From: Lepidodermella squamata
Taxonomy: Eukaryota > Animalia > Gastrotricha
DNA length: 64,000 bases
Assembly: GCA_047495785.1 (NCBI GenBank)
Contig: JBLDXI010000016.1
Coordinates: 620,001 to 684,000 of the forward strand
Direction of reading: 5' to 3'
Shown here one piece after another: positions 37,301 through 49,429 of this stretch (the stretch's first letter is position 1; each line of letters opens with the position of its first letter). The translations under genes were made by a program, and so were the position numbers. The notes below the pieces were generated by a model. That model was not told the DNA's origin. It searched no databases and was given only the letters and a program-made list of their open reading frames with translations.

Positions 37301-40300
37301 CCGGACGGATTTCACGATTCGATATACCGTCAACGACTGGCGAGTGAGACTGAAATCGTACTTTTAGATAGCGAATTCCAAGCAAAATGTTTATTACCAT
37401 AATTTCCCGTCTTGTTTTCGGAAACTGAAGCCCTTTATCACACGGCATGGAGTCAGAAGGAAATCGCGTGTCAGGGAATCGATGCAGCCGGGGCATTTCA
37501 GCTTGTCAGTTAGAAGTTTTTTGACGCAAAATCCACCAATGTTGGCAATAATTTCTTCCCCAATTAGGGGGAGCGTTGCTTCGTACTCCATTCCTCTTTG
37601 CAGTAACTCGTCTTCAGCTTCAAGTTCGTCCCATTCAGTTAAATCATGAAGCTCAGCAACCTAGAAGAAAATAAAGTCTCAATTATCGAGGCAAAATCAA
37701 CCTTGGTCTGAATAAAAAATATCGAAAAATTCAAAAAAATTATGGAAAAATCAATTTTTAAATTTAAAATTGAATTAAATCAATTTTCGAATTATTTTCC
37801 AATAAATGAGATTTTGTTTCATAGATTTATAATAAAACCTACTTCAAATTTCTTTCACAATTTTGCAGCCTATACTAAATATTTTTATCGGTTTCAAAAT
37901 TTTGGAAAAAAAAAATAAAAATGAGCACAATTTAAGGAGGATCATCACTCACCTTTTGGCTGCTATCGTCGCCATTATACAAATGAAACTCAATAAAAAT
38001 GGGTAGGAAATAGATTTCAAGAAATCCTCCTTAAAAATTTCCTCTGAAGTGCTGACTTTAATGACACATGCACACAACAACTTTACATTTTTCGAATGCT
38101 TATTTTTATCGAGTGAGCATGGCACGCGATGACGCAACACAACAATACAGAGTGTGAGTAATCGATTTTTCGATATTGATTTTCTCGGCAACGAAATCGA
38201 ACCGCACTACGGGACTTGGATCATTATTACCGTGAAAAAATGCCCGATTTTTCGATATTTTTTTCAAGAATTTAGGAGAACAACGACTTTTCGGCCGGAT
38301 TTATAATGGCCGATCCACGCATAATTAGTGTTTCAATGCGAAGTGCGTGAGTGTCCGATCTGTACCATCATTGTCTATGAGGAAAACCAATTACACCAGG
38401 AGATTCCGCATGAAAAACTGCTTCAGAAAATATTTTCAAAATAAAAAAATAAAAATAAAAATAGACCAAATATTCAAAATGAACAATATGGGAACAAAAC
38501 ACCAGGGTGACCACGTGGGATATGGGCTTCTCACCATCCGCCTTAAGTCCTTACGCGTGCGTTAGAAAAGCGAAGAAAACCGATTTGAAACTTATATACC
38601 CCTATTAACCTTCACTTAATATGAGCGGCAACGTGGTCTAGTGGTAGCGCGTCCACATCTTCTGCAAGGCGACCCGGGTTCGACTCCCACCGACGTCACA
38701 AGTCAACTTCGACAAAAGTCAAGCAATTTGTCTTTCGATTCTTTCAAACGATGTAAGGAGTGGATCTGGGATGGTGCCCGGCCTCTGAGACCTCAGGAGA
38801 CTGAGTAATTAGTAATTAGCTTTTTGATGACACCTGTTAATGACAATCGGTGAAAACCGAGAAAAACTTATTAAAAGGTAACTACTGAAGTATTCAGGAA
38901 TCTGGTTTTAACCGAGTTTTAACCGACTTTTATCCTACTCGGTTAATTTTCACGCTGTAGTAATTACCAAAATCTCGGTTTTAACGAAGTCCACATTCGG
39001 TTTTTACCTTGGTGATTACTAAACTCAGTACTCTTAGTCAGTTTTTACTAAACAGCGAAATTTCACTCGGTTTTCACCGAATTATTTTTTGTAGTGTGGA
39101 TTGCCTAATCAGGGTAAAGTAATAAGTATATAACGAAACATACTTGACAATTTTACAAGGGCGATATCGTTGACTGACGTGGCTGAATTGTATCCGGGGT
39201 GGGCCTTGACGCTTGTCGCTAGAACAGTGAATTCGCCATCGGAAACTGTTGTATCGTGTTGGGCGATGGATACGGAAATGGAGCTTGAAAATACAAGTGT
39301 TAACAGCAGTGAGGGAATTTTTGAATAAGAGTTACAAGATCGAACCGGGGAAGCAATTTGCTGCTGTTAACACATATCTGAGCAAAAGAGAGGCTATTGT
39401 TGAGACGAGACATAATGCAGAAGCGTAGTTGCTTGCCTTTGGCTTATGATACTGCCAGTGCAAGTGCTCACGATGCCACCAAAGAAAACAGTGGTCAGAC
39501 GCACTGCCCTGTTGCAGCACATGAGCATCAGTAAAGACGCGTTTATTCAATCAATAGCTGTCATACCATGGGAATTGATTTTGAAGAGCGACCGAGCCCC
39601 CGACGATCCCGGCCCCAGGGGTGTCTCGACTGTTGTAGTACTTGGAATGGCCGCATGTTGTTGAAACGGTTGTCGGCGGGGGTGTCGAAGGTACCAGCTG
39701 ATCCATGACGGTTTTTATCCAGGGCAGAGCCATACAGGTTCTCGAACTATAAGAATTTGCATTAATTATTAATTAATAAGCAATTAATTAATAATTACTT
39801 GGTCTCAGAAATAATTTTTCCATCACTTTACATATATAATGCCACAGAAAACAGAAAATTATTCAAAAATTATGAATTCTTAAAATCAACTTGAACTTGC
39901 AAAGCGTGCAAACAAAGCGTGCAAAGTTCAGACAAATTAACCAGAAAATTTACAATAAGTTACCTATTGTTCCTTCGAAATTCCGCGATAGCGAAGGCAA
40001 ATAAAAGCTCACAAATTAAGTTGGAATATTATTTGAATAAAATCGAACCCATCGAGGGTTTTCGACCGAACCTTTCGGTATTTCATCTATAATCTTCATG
40101 AATGAACGCTTTTTCGAAATTGATGATTTGACATAGCTCAAATTCTAGCACCTGAATTTAGATGAAATCAAAATGTCTATTGTCTCCCGCTTCCCTTAGA
40201 AACTCACTAGACTGAGTCGAGGGCGGTCCCGTCGACGTACGATCCTTGCGAATACGAGCCGCATAATGTGAACCTAGTTCCGTTGAACGCTACCAGCCCA

Positions 40301-41326
40301 GCGCCATCGTCCAAGCTCCATGGGCTGATGTTCGACCCAGACACGCCAGCGCACAGCTTCCGATCTGTGATCGGTTTCCCCGACGAATTGTACTGCGCTT
40401 GACAGGCTACTCGATTCGTTGTCTTCAAAACCGCCTCCTTAAGATACTCTGATGAGCTGGTTGATGTTAGGGATGTGTAACCCCATCCTGAATAAAGACA
40501 AAAGATGCGAACAATTAAAATTTCAAAAAATTTAGCCTACCCGCAACGTATACTGTCGTGCCTTCTGAATTGCAGACGTCAGTGCAGGTGCTTGGCAGGC
40601 AGATTTTCTTGACATTCCAGCCCTTGCTGAAGTCGAGCGGCGTCTTCAGCCTGAGTAACGCAAAATTATAATCTCGGGTCGCATCGTTGTAGAGAGGGTG
40701 CCAAGTGTAGTCCTCCACATCAACGGATAAGCCGCCATTTTTTGATGTCCATAAGCTGGAAACGTCACGGGCTCCTACGTAGACCTTGACATTCTTCGCG
40801 TATCCAGCATCCTGCAAAGTGAAAGCCAAGCTATACAAATTCAAAATACAAATCACAGCTCAGCCTGTCATTTGCGAATAAACTCACTGAAGTTTGTTTG
40901 CGGTTGTGAGGATATATCTATCACTAATGATGGCTCCAGTGGAGTAGACCATTTTTAGGGAATACATATTAAATATTTCCACCTGCGCAGTCCAAGGATA
41001 GCTGAACAAATTCATAAAAATTTGATATGTACAATTTCTAAGCATTCCCCTTACGAAGTTATCGACGCATCTGAACCACCAATGATGTTGGACGAAGACC
41101 TTATGATGTTGTTCCATAACGACTCAGTCATACCACAATCTGTTATCGGCGCAAGATTAGCAGGCGTTGTACTTTGCGCTCGAACAGCTGGACCGTTGTT
41201 AACTTCGACGGCTTTCAGCTTCGCGGCATCACTACTAGAAGAAGAGGGCGAGCAGGCCTCTGATCGACTTACAAAATTCGCAGGTATAAACAAGGCAAGG
41301 CTCAAGAGAACTCTGAGTGATTTCAT
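34323..41326 (-). CDS. Protease family copy D: secreted two-domain S1A protein with both domains catalytically dead
   Basis: 11 exons with conserved splice sites and no stop or frameshift seen. Domain 2 has TAANC (H>N), NDIAL and CSGDAGG (S>A). Intron 8 is expanded to about 4.3 kb by transposons. Confidence 0.8.
34850..35310. mobile_element. Foldback MITE with internal degenerate (TTAGGG)n tract
   Basis: Inverted actttcatacata..tatgtatgaaagt arms, flanking AAAAATA direct repeats, and GGGTTA-like units at 34950-35046. Confidence 0.65.
35636..35975. mobile_element. Foldback MITE with ~95-bp arms, CATTG..CAATG ends and a possible GA TSD
   Basis: 35636-35770, after removing the 39-bp insertion, is the reverse complement of 35880-35975. 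Confidence 0.8.
35677..35707. mobile_element. 31-bp P-element footprint (two TIR tips only) with 8-bp TSD
   Basis: CGCACGCT|CATAGACAATGATGTACCATCATTGTCTATG|CGCACGCT. The ends are identical to those of 36599-38379. Confidence 0.9.
36599..38379 (-). mobile_element. Internally deleted P-element-superfamily transposon with transposase C-terminal remnant
   Basis: 8-bp TSD AGGAAAAC and ~37-bp TIR CATAGACAATGATG..CAGATCGGACACTCACGCACTT. Minus-strand remnants IANIGGFCVKK..CPGC, KGLQFP and FLRHELK resemble the P/THAP9 transposase C-terminus. Confidence 0.85.
38623..38818 (+). mobile_element. tRNA-derived SINE
   Basis: A box TGGTCTAGTGG (38634) and B box GGTTCGACTCC (38677), no acceptor-stem pairing, and a short (AGTAATT)2 tail. 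Confidence 0.65.
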
Positions 41327-42000
41327 TTAGAAGACTTTAAATTGTGAAGGAAATGTTGTTGCAGCGAAAAGGATGAAAATTGATAATGACAACCTTACTC
41401 TTCAGAACGCGAGTGCTAACATCATATTAGTCGTCTATTATATTCCCTATTCGTAAGTTTTTAGTCAGAATTTGCGGATGTTATTAAGTAAAAAATTCCA
41501 TTTAGGCATACACGTTAGCGCAGCCCGCGGTTAATTGCGCGCTGCCCACACAACGCAACATTGATGATTAATAGAAACTGGCTGCATGTTCACGTTTATA
41601 TTGCCGTCATCTTGAAACTTGCTTCAATTTCTTCTATACAAATATTCCTGGCCAATTTTTTAGCCATGAGCACCTACCAACTAAGCTTCTAAGGATGGGT
41701 ATTGAAGCATATTCAGTGGGTAACGCCTACATTAAAAATGCTGCATGTGCGTCAGAACCTGCCAAGAAAAGAAACAAATAGCGTGATGCTGGCGATACAC
41801 TGGGAAAACAAAAATGTTACGGTACCAGAAATCATACACTTGGGTTGAAGAATTCTAATTTGCTTTGCCTTACTCAGTTTTGTACGCTCTATCTTTTTCT
41901 AAATGACTAAAGCATGTCCGATTCATCCGATGGTCAAACAATTTTAATTTCAAACACCTTTTTACCTCAATTTTCGTAGTTTCGAGAGGGGCTGGGCTCA
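41327..42000 (-). promoter_or_regulatory. Upstream region of copy D, duplicated upstream of copy E (46239-46960) and partly of A, C and F
   Basis: Collinear blocks cttcagaacgc, tttaggcatacacg, ctggctgcatgttcac, ttgcttcaatttctt and gtgcgtcagaac. Confidence 0.55.
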
Positions 42001-42272
42001 ATTAGCCGAAATTTATCTCGTATTCTTTGGAAAATGTGAGGCAGGCTTTCCTCTGTATTCCAGTTCTTCACCGAAGAATAACCGCATCATAACCTTGATA
42101 CGAGCCTAATAATGAGGTTAATTTACTCTGCGGGTATCTTCTGTGTACATTTATTACATAAAATGTGAATAATCGAGATGCGAGATCAATTGTTTCGGAA
42201 ATCAAACCTCGCCATGCTCGTCATTCTTTAAAAGCTTGAATAAAACTGAGCCGGATTGGAATCCAATACTTG

Positions 42273-43264
42273 CCGCATTTCATCGAATAGTACCCAGCCT
42301 CAAATAATAGCCCCAAAATTCACTTAAATATTGGGTCCGAATGTTAATAATAGCCCGCCTCAAAAAATAGCCACATAATCATAATAGTAGCGATATAGGA
42401 CTATGATTAGCTGATATAGAATAGAATCGAGAAGGTGGCGAACGTTCAAGAAGAAGCTGTTAAGGACAAAGAGGAGAGGTACTGTGGCAAGGAGGACGAT
42501 AGTGACAGCAGATTCAAGCTTGGGTACAGCGACATAGATGAGAATTGAGCATGTTTCATCTGATGAATATAAATTTCGTGTGATTAACACTTTAACAGCC
42601 AAAATAGACTGCGAGATATCCGATATTTGGATCTACAGGCGTAATAATACTCTTCTTCAATCCAAATCCTGAGTCTGCCAAAAGTCCTTTTTTCAGGTCA
42701 ACGATGCGTCGTGGAGCAAAATGCAAAATGCGTGACTGCAAGATGTAGGCCATGACCTGGCGGTTCTTTTGACACCAAATTTGGGGCCACAAGGTCTGAG
42801 CAGGTCTTAGAAAATGACTGTGAAATAACGTCGAAATTTTGGATTAGAGCCAAACATCAGACCAAGATATTAGACCCAGATTATGGCGCAACAATCGAAA
42901 TTTCACTGTTTTTACAAGTTGATTTCTGTGCGTTCCTTGAAGTCTTTGGCCCCAAACTTAGTGTCAAAAGAACCGCCAGGTCATGGCCTACATCTTGCAG
43001 TCACGCATTTTGCTCTATGATGCATCGTTGACCCGGAAAAAGGACTTTTGACAGACCCAGGATTTGGATCCAAATATCAGATCCCGCAGTCTATTTTGGC
43101 CGTTGAAGTGTTAAGGGTTCAAGTAATGATGTGATGTTCTGGGATAAATAATAGCCTGCCTTGAGCAATAGCCCCATCAAATAGCAGACCAATTCTTTCA
43201 CTATATATTTCGAGTTCGGAAACAAATAGTTTCCAAGGATACCTATTTATTCGATAAAATACGG
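42273..43264. mobile_element. Old pogo/Tc-like element with aataatagcc repeats, host of a piggyBac-like MITE
   Basis: ccgcatttcatcgaata ... tattcgataaaatacgg imperfect TIR; the TA TSD is not intact. Confidence 0.45.
42588..43110. mobile_element. piggyBac-type MITE with ~170-200-bp inverted arms
   Basis: TTAA|CACTTTAACAGCCAAAATAGACTGCG ... CGCAGTCTATTTTGGCCGTTGAAGTG|TTAA. Confidence 0.85.
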
Positions 43265-43345
43265 CATTTCTCATTTGAAGTAAAAGAAATATGACGTGCG
43301 ATTTCACACTGGGGTAAAATTTGTCATAGATAGACGGTGAACATG

Positions 43346-46238
43346 TTAAACTGCATTAGCGGCAATCCAATCGACGTACGATGCCACACGGGTCGAGACG
43401 TCGTAGTCGATACCGCAACCTTTGCCGAACGAAGTGATGCCACACAGCTTGTAATAGCCCTGCGAGTAGGACATCACAGGACCGCCAGAATCGCCCTGAC
43501 ACGATGCTACACCCGCACCTTGGTAACCTTTTTGAAGTAAATAAATAATAATATTATGATTTATTCACGAAGGACATCATCATGCCTGTGCAAATCATTT
43601 TGTCGGTTATCGTCGCACGCTGCGTAGCTTGGCAAGCCGCTTTTTCAACAACCGGTGTCGTGATGTATCTCAGCACATCGGTTTCAGCCGCACCGAGATT
43701 GGTTTTACCCCAGCCTGTTATTTGAAGTCAAAATAGGAAATCAGAACTAATGAACTGTTGAATTACCAGCAGTCACAGCTGGCGTCCCAACACTGCAATC
43801 ATCCGATGCTGACGTAGGAAGGCAGATTTTCTGAACAGCCCAGTTCGTGAAGTTCAGCGCATCTATAAAATAAAGTTCCAACTTGAAGACTTGATTTGGA
43901 AACTTCAGAAATCTTTCTCGTCAAATTTGTGTGGCTTCACGATATACAGCCATAGAGTTCTTCTACGAAAATTACTCAAGTTTTGTGCAGAATCTCAAAT
44001 TTAATCCGGTTCTCTTATCTGTTACCGTTCAAGAATGGGAGCAGATCTGTCAAATTGCGATATGGGGATACTTTTGACATGGCCAATGTAGCCTCATATT
44101 AAATGTAAACAAAATTGTTGAGAATTTGAAAAAGGAATACAATCAATCAGTCGGGATTACGTGCTATCTTACTTGGCCTAAATGCGAAATTCATAAATCG
44201 ATAAAAATTGAAATTTTCTCGTGGTTAAAAAACATACAGGGCAATTTGACATAGGCGATATCGTTTACCATCGTGGCATCATTGTATCCAGAGTGGGCTC
44301 CCCAGGATGCAGCTAGTACCAAGAATTCGCCATCAGAGGCAGTTGCATTGTGTTCGGCGATGTATACGGCGATATAGCTTGACAATTTAAATACATGTAA
44401 GCTTTGCGGTGATTTTCTATTAGTAGTTACCTGATCGAACCGGTGAGGCAATGTGCTGCAGTTAACACATATCTAAGCACGAGAAAGGCCATTTTCAAGA
44501 CGAGACATAATGAACAAGTGAAGTTGCTCGCCTTTCGTTTATGATACTGCCAGTACATAAGGCTATGCCGCCGTCTTTCATTATAACGTTTAGACGCACT
44601 GCCCTGTTGCATCACATTAGCATCAGCAAACACCCGTTTATTAAATATATTCATACCATGGGAATTGATTTTTTTGTGCGACCGAGCCTCCAACGATACC
44701 GGCACCGGGGGTGTCTCGACTGTTGTAGTACTTAGAATGGCCGCATGTTTTTGAAACGGTTGTAGGCGGGGGCGTCGAAGGCACTAGCTGATCCATGACT
44801 CTGTTTATCCAAGGTACGGCCATACAAGTTCTCGAGCTGTTGAAAAATTGAAATAAAAGCCGGTTCTCAGGAATAATGAATAATACATTTTCGAGAGAAT
44901 TAAATTTTTCCCAATCCACAAAGGATTCTTGAAGAAATTCATGCAATGCTTCCTACCTTAACTCCAATAGAGTTAAGCAACCCCTAATTACAAATTTCTC
45001 CCTCGGAAACTCACTAGACTGAGTCAAGAAAGGTCTGCCCAGACCTCCTTCCGTGCGAAAACGAGCCACATAACGAGAATCTAGTTCCGTTGAAGGCCAC
45101 AAGTCCAGCGCCTTGGTCGAAGTTCCATGGGCTGGTGTTCGATCCAGATACGCCAGCACATAACTTCCGATCTGTGATCGGTGTCGCCGTCGATTGATAC
45201 TGGACTTGGCAGGCTGCTCGATTCGTCGTCTTCAAAACTGCATCCTTTAGATAGAGTGATATTAGAGTTGATGTAGTCGATGTGTAGCCCCATCCTGATA
45301 CGAGACGAAAGGTTAACAAGTGAAATTTCAAAAAATAACCTACCAGCAATGAAGACTGTCGCGCCTTCTGAATTGCAGACGTCAGTGCAGGTGCTTGGCA
45401 GGCAGATTTTTTTAACATTCCAGCCTTTGCTAAAGTCGAGGGGTGTTTTCAGTCTCAGTAACGCGAAATCATAATCTAAGGTTGCCGAGTTGAAGAGAGG
45501 GTGCCAGGTGTAGTCCTCCACGTCGACGGATAATCCGCCATTAGTTGCCGTCCATAAGCTGGATACGTCACGGGCTCCTACGTAGACCTTGACATACTGC
45601 GCATATCCTGAATACTGCCCAATGAAAGCCGAGCTTTTAAAATTTAAAATTCAAATCCTCACTCAGCCCATTGTTATTTCGTCGCATTGCGTTTGAAAGG
45701 AGCCACTCAATCTTTATTATTCATAAGAAATCCATCAGGAACTTTTAAAATAGTGGCTCCTTTCAAACGCAATGCGACGATTTGCGAATAAACTTACTAA
45801 AGAGGCGACGCAGTTGTGAGGATATACCTATCACTTATTACGGCTCCAGTGACGTACACTATTTCGAAGGTATTCAGGTTTGTAATTTGCACCTGCGCAG
45901 ACCAAGGGTAGCTATTAAATTCATAGAAATGTGATCAAGTGTCGTTCTGAATCGTCCCCTTACGATGTTATAGACGCATCTGAGCCTCCAATGATGCTGG
46001 ATGAAGGCCGCATGGCGTTGTTCCACAACAACTCAATCACACCGCATTCTGTCTGTGTTATAGGGCCATAAGCAGGCGTCGTACTTTGCGCTCGAACAGC
46101 AGGGCCGTTGTTAACTTCGACGGCTTGCAGCTTCGCGGCATCACTTGAAGAAGACGGCGAGCAGGCATCTGAGTGACTTACAAAAATCGCATGTAAAAGT
46201 GAGGCAAAGCTCAGAAGAAATCTGGCTGATTTCATCAT
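43346..46238 (-). CDS. Protease family copy E: secreted 599-aa protein with an inactive S1A domain and an active S1A protease domain
   Basis: Exons 46238-45964, 45911-45798, 45633-45344, 45294-45015, 44836-44657, 44603-44532, 44472-44431, 44377-44238, 43862-43767, 43714-43586 and 43527-43346 sum to 1800 nt with consistent phases. Domain 2 has IVGG, TAAHC, NDIAY and GDSGG; domain 1 has IIGG, TTASP and DQGAG. Confidence 0.92.
45680..45779. mobile_element. 100-bp MITE in intron 2 of copy E
   Basis: Perfect 28-bp TIR CGTCGCATTGCGTTTGAAAGGAGCCACT and 4-bp TSD ATTT. The paralogous introns lack it. Confidence 0.88.
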
Positions 46239-47224
46239 TAAGATTTAATTTGCGAAGGAAATTTGGTTGCTGCGAGAAGGATGGAAAATGACAATGACAA
46301 CCCTAATAGTCTTCAGAACGCAATATATAGCAATATATTAGTCATTTATGACACTTCCTATTGGTGTTGAGTCACATTTTAGTCAGAACGGATGTTTCAA
46401 GTTAAAAAGTACCATTTAGGCATACACGTCATGGAAGCCCGGGTTTGATAGCACGCATCCTACGCAACGGAACGTTGATGAATAATAAAAGCTGGCTGCA
46501 TGTTCACATGTTTATTGCCGTCGTCGTGAAGTTTGCTTCAATTTCTTACAGACAATACTCCTGGCCAAATTGTTAGCGATGAACACCTACCAACTAAGCT
46601 TCTGAGGATGGGTATTGAAGCATATTCACTGGGTAACGCCTACATTAAAAACAACTAAAAAATGCGGGATGTGCGTCAGAACGACCTGCCTAGAATAGAA
46701 ACAAATAGCGTGATGCTGGTGATACACTGGGAAGACAAAAATGTAACGGTACCAGAAATCATACTTGGGTTGAAGAATTCTCGAAGACATTCTAATTTGC
46801 ATGGTAAATGTAAATGACACATCTTTACTCCGTTTATTTCCGCTCTATCTGGTTTTATATGACTCAAGTATGTCCGACTCATCGGATGGTCAAAAATTGT
46901 TAATTAAAATTTTCAAACACCTTTTTACCTCAATTTTCGTAGTTTCGAGAGGGGCTGGGCTCTATAGCGTGATTATGCTGGCGATATTCCTGTCCACCCT
47001 ACCGAAAACAGCATCTGTAAAAGGTTTTTTGACAGAATTTTAGCTTTTTTTTTGATTGACAATAGCTCACCCTAGCGGAAAAAACTAAGTATGACAGGTC
47101 ATAATTGTAAGATTTTTAAAGATGTTTAGCCAACAAATAATAGCTCATAAGGCTATTTTGCTTATTGCACCTCTACAATGAGCCAATGGCAAAAAGTTCA
47201 TCTGGTAAAGCATATTTTGCATGT

Positions 47225-48000
47225 CTTGAAGGGCGCAGCGTGATTGAGGTGAGATATTATTATTTCCTAATTCCACATGCCAGGCGCCACCACCGCCGGA
47301 TGCTGGCCGACAGGATGACTAGAGCCGATCGATGAAATCGAAGTAGCCCATACAGCGTCACTTGCGGCGGAAGACCACAGACGGACCAGGCAACGGATTC
47401 ATCACGTAGCCAAAGTTGGACCAGCCTAACCACCCGCCGTCTCCGCCCAGGCCCAAAACCCGCGCCTTGGGACCAAACTTTCTCGTTCCTTGAGAATTTG
47501 TTCTGAATTTTGTGTCGTGGCAACTAGGATTTCGCAAGTTCATTTCCTTTCCGGCTCGCTGTATGCAGGCGCAGATCCATTCCCTCGAGTTCGCAGCATG
47601 CTTGCCACCGTAATTACAGCAGCCTACAGCACGCAAACATGTCGAAACATGTGGCCGACCACATCTTAAAATTCTTTCGTCTTCGAAGCAGTTCCGCGCC
47701 ATGTGGCCGTATTGCTGGCATCTGCAGCTTTGTTTACGAAGTTTACGAAGTAACATCACAACACACCATCGGAATCGGAGTAGAAACAGCTCGACGGCAA
47801 GGCCAGCTTTCCCGCTCGCTCCGCCAGTTCAGAGTCGGTCAGTTCAAACATCAGCTGGCCTCACCGAAGGGAACCCGTCATCGCCAGTTTGTCGCCAAAG
47901 GCTGCCCCAATGTGGGATGTGGGACCAATGTGGGTCACCGTGACAGCATACGCATCGAAATTGGTTAGAACTACTTCTTATTCAGCCGGCCGTTGCGAAA
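47225..48000 (-). mobile_element. Degenerate LINE ORF1 (gag-like, triple zinc knuckle; R1/Jockey/I type) fragment
   Basis: CRCQQYGHMARNC..RCGRPH..C..CCNYGGKHAANSRE follows the CCHC x3 pattern of LINE ORF1. Confidence 0.7.
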
Positions 48001-48623
48001 AAATGGCTTTGGCTCCCGCCGATAAAACTCCTCATGTTAGTTGTCTGCTGCTAAACATTCTTCTTGTTTTTAAGTATTAGTCATTGGAGCTGGTATGGTT
48101 CTCGAATAGAGTGAAGTTTATAAGATGGTGAAGATGGAAGTCATCGCGCATCGAGCCTGGCTGCGAGTGGGTCGTCTCGAAAGAGCAAGAAGGAAAAGAA
48201 GCGATAGCCGAAGAGGCCTTTCAAGACCCTGCTGCGGAAACAATTCAAACGGAATTCTGACTGTGCCTGATGCCTACTCACCAACTCAATTCCTCATCTT
48301 CGTATCTTTATGTGTTACTTTTCGACACGTCTCTAGCGCTTATACTTTCTGAATAAAGTACTGATTACTGCTCATTCGTCTCTTTTTGATAAATTGAAAA
48401 TAGAGGGAAAACACGAGGTATCGGAATCACCTGAAATAACGTGGAGAAAAACGGCTGGAAATAACTGGAAAAAGTTTGCAGGAAATACCTGGCATATTTT
48501 AAAGTGTGCCACCTCTTTCCAGCTGACTTGTTTTTCGCATGGTCCTTTCAGCTGTTTCCGGCAAAATTTTGCATTTGGCCATTGGGATTATTTGAACGAG
48601 TTATTATTTTATGTACATTTTAG

Positions 48624-49240
48624 CGCTCAATTCCGGGCCCCCCTTAGTTTCGTGCGGCCCCCAACATTAATTGCGCAATCAGAAGGTAAAAGTGGACTTG
48701 TGCGCGAGCGCCAAGTCGAAGTTTTTAATAATTTTAGGGCCGCGCGCGCTAATGTCAAAAGGCTACTTTTTATAATGTAGGCGGTTTTTATACCAAAATG
48801 TAGGTCGGACGATTCTCTATCGAGTCAATATGATGTTCTCGCGTGAGAAAATTAATAGGAAACAGTTTTACGTGCACACCAAATTTCTGCAACGAAGTGC
48901 GCACGCTCTCACCCTGTGCACGTAAAACTTTTTCCCATTAATTTTTTCACGCGAGAACACCATATTCAATCGATAGAGAATTCTCTGAATTATTTTTTGG
49001 TATAAAAACCGACGCGATATTTGAAAGTAATCCTTTAACATCTTTGCGCGTGGTTTTAAATTCGTTAAAAATCATGACTTAGCCAGCGCGCTTTAGTCGC
49101 GCGAGGTTAAATTTTCAGAGTCATGATTTTTAACGAATTTAAAACCGCGCGCAAAGATGTTAAAGGATTACTTTCAAATATCGCGTCGGTTTTTATACCA
49201 AAAAATAATTCAGACAATTCTCTATCGATTGAATATGCGT
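48624..49240. mobile_element. Truncated relative of the 4774-5671 element, with the same internal palindrome
   Basis: gctcaattccgggccccccttag end; inverted arms at ~48960-49080 and 49120-49236. Confidence 0.75.
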
Positions 49241-49429
49241 TTTAATTCAAATTAAAAAAAGATTTACCAAAGAAGCGAGTCTGCTCGAGAAGAAATGCCT
49301 CAAAATTAGCGCGTTCGAGGTCTATGCATACCTAGTACCTAGTAGTACCTAGTAAATTTGCTGTGAAAATTATTCCAATTGTTCACAATTTTCCCCGAGG
49401 AAAATTAGTGAAAATAATTCGACAGATTT

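Larger units (their letters stand above)
35606..39096. mobile_element. Non-autonomous CACTA/EnSpm element hosting further insertions
   Basis: TG|CACTACAAAAAATAA ... TTATTTTTTGTAGTG|TG, with subterminal ggtaat and ctcggt repeats. Confidence 0.85.

Noticed and set aside
38623-38700. tRNA gene
   Set aside because: A and B boxes are present, but there is no acceptor or anticodon stem pairing; better explained as a SINE head.
45014-45016. Apparent stop codon after domain 1 (LDSV*), suggesting two separate genes
   Set aside because: The TAG spans a splice donor (TA|GTGAGT); splicing gives Tyr and continues in frame.
48060-48385. Possible solo LTR
   Set aside because: It has an AATAAA and LTR-like composition, but no clear TG..CA ends or TSD.
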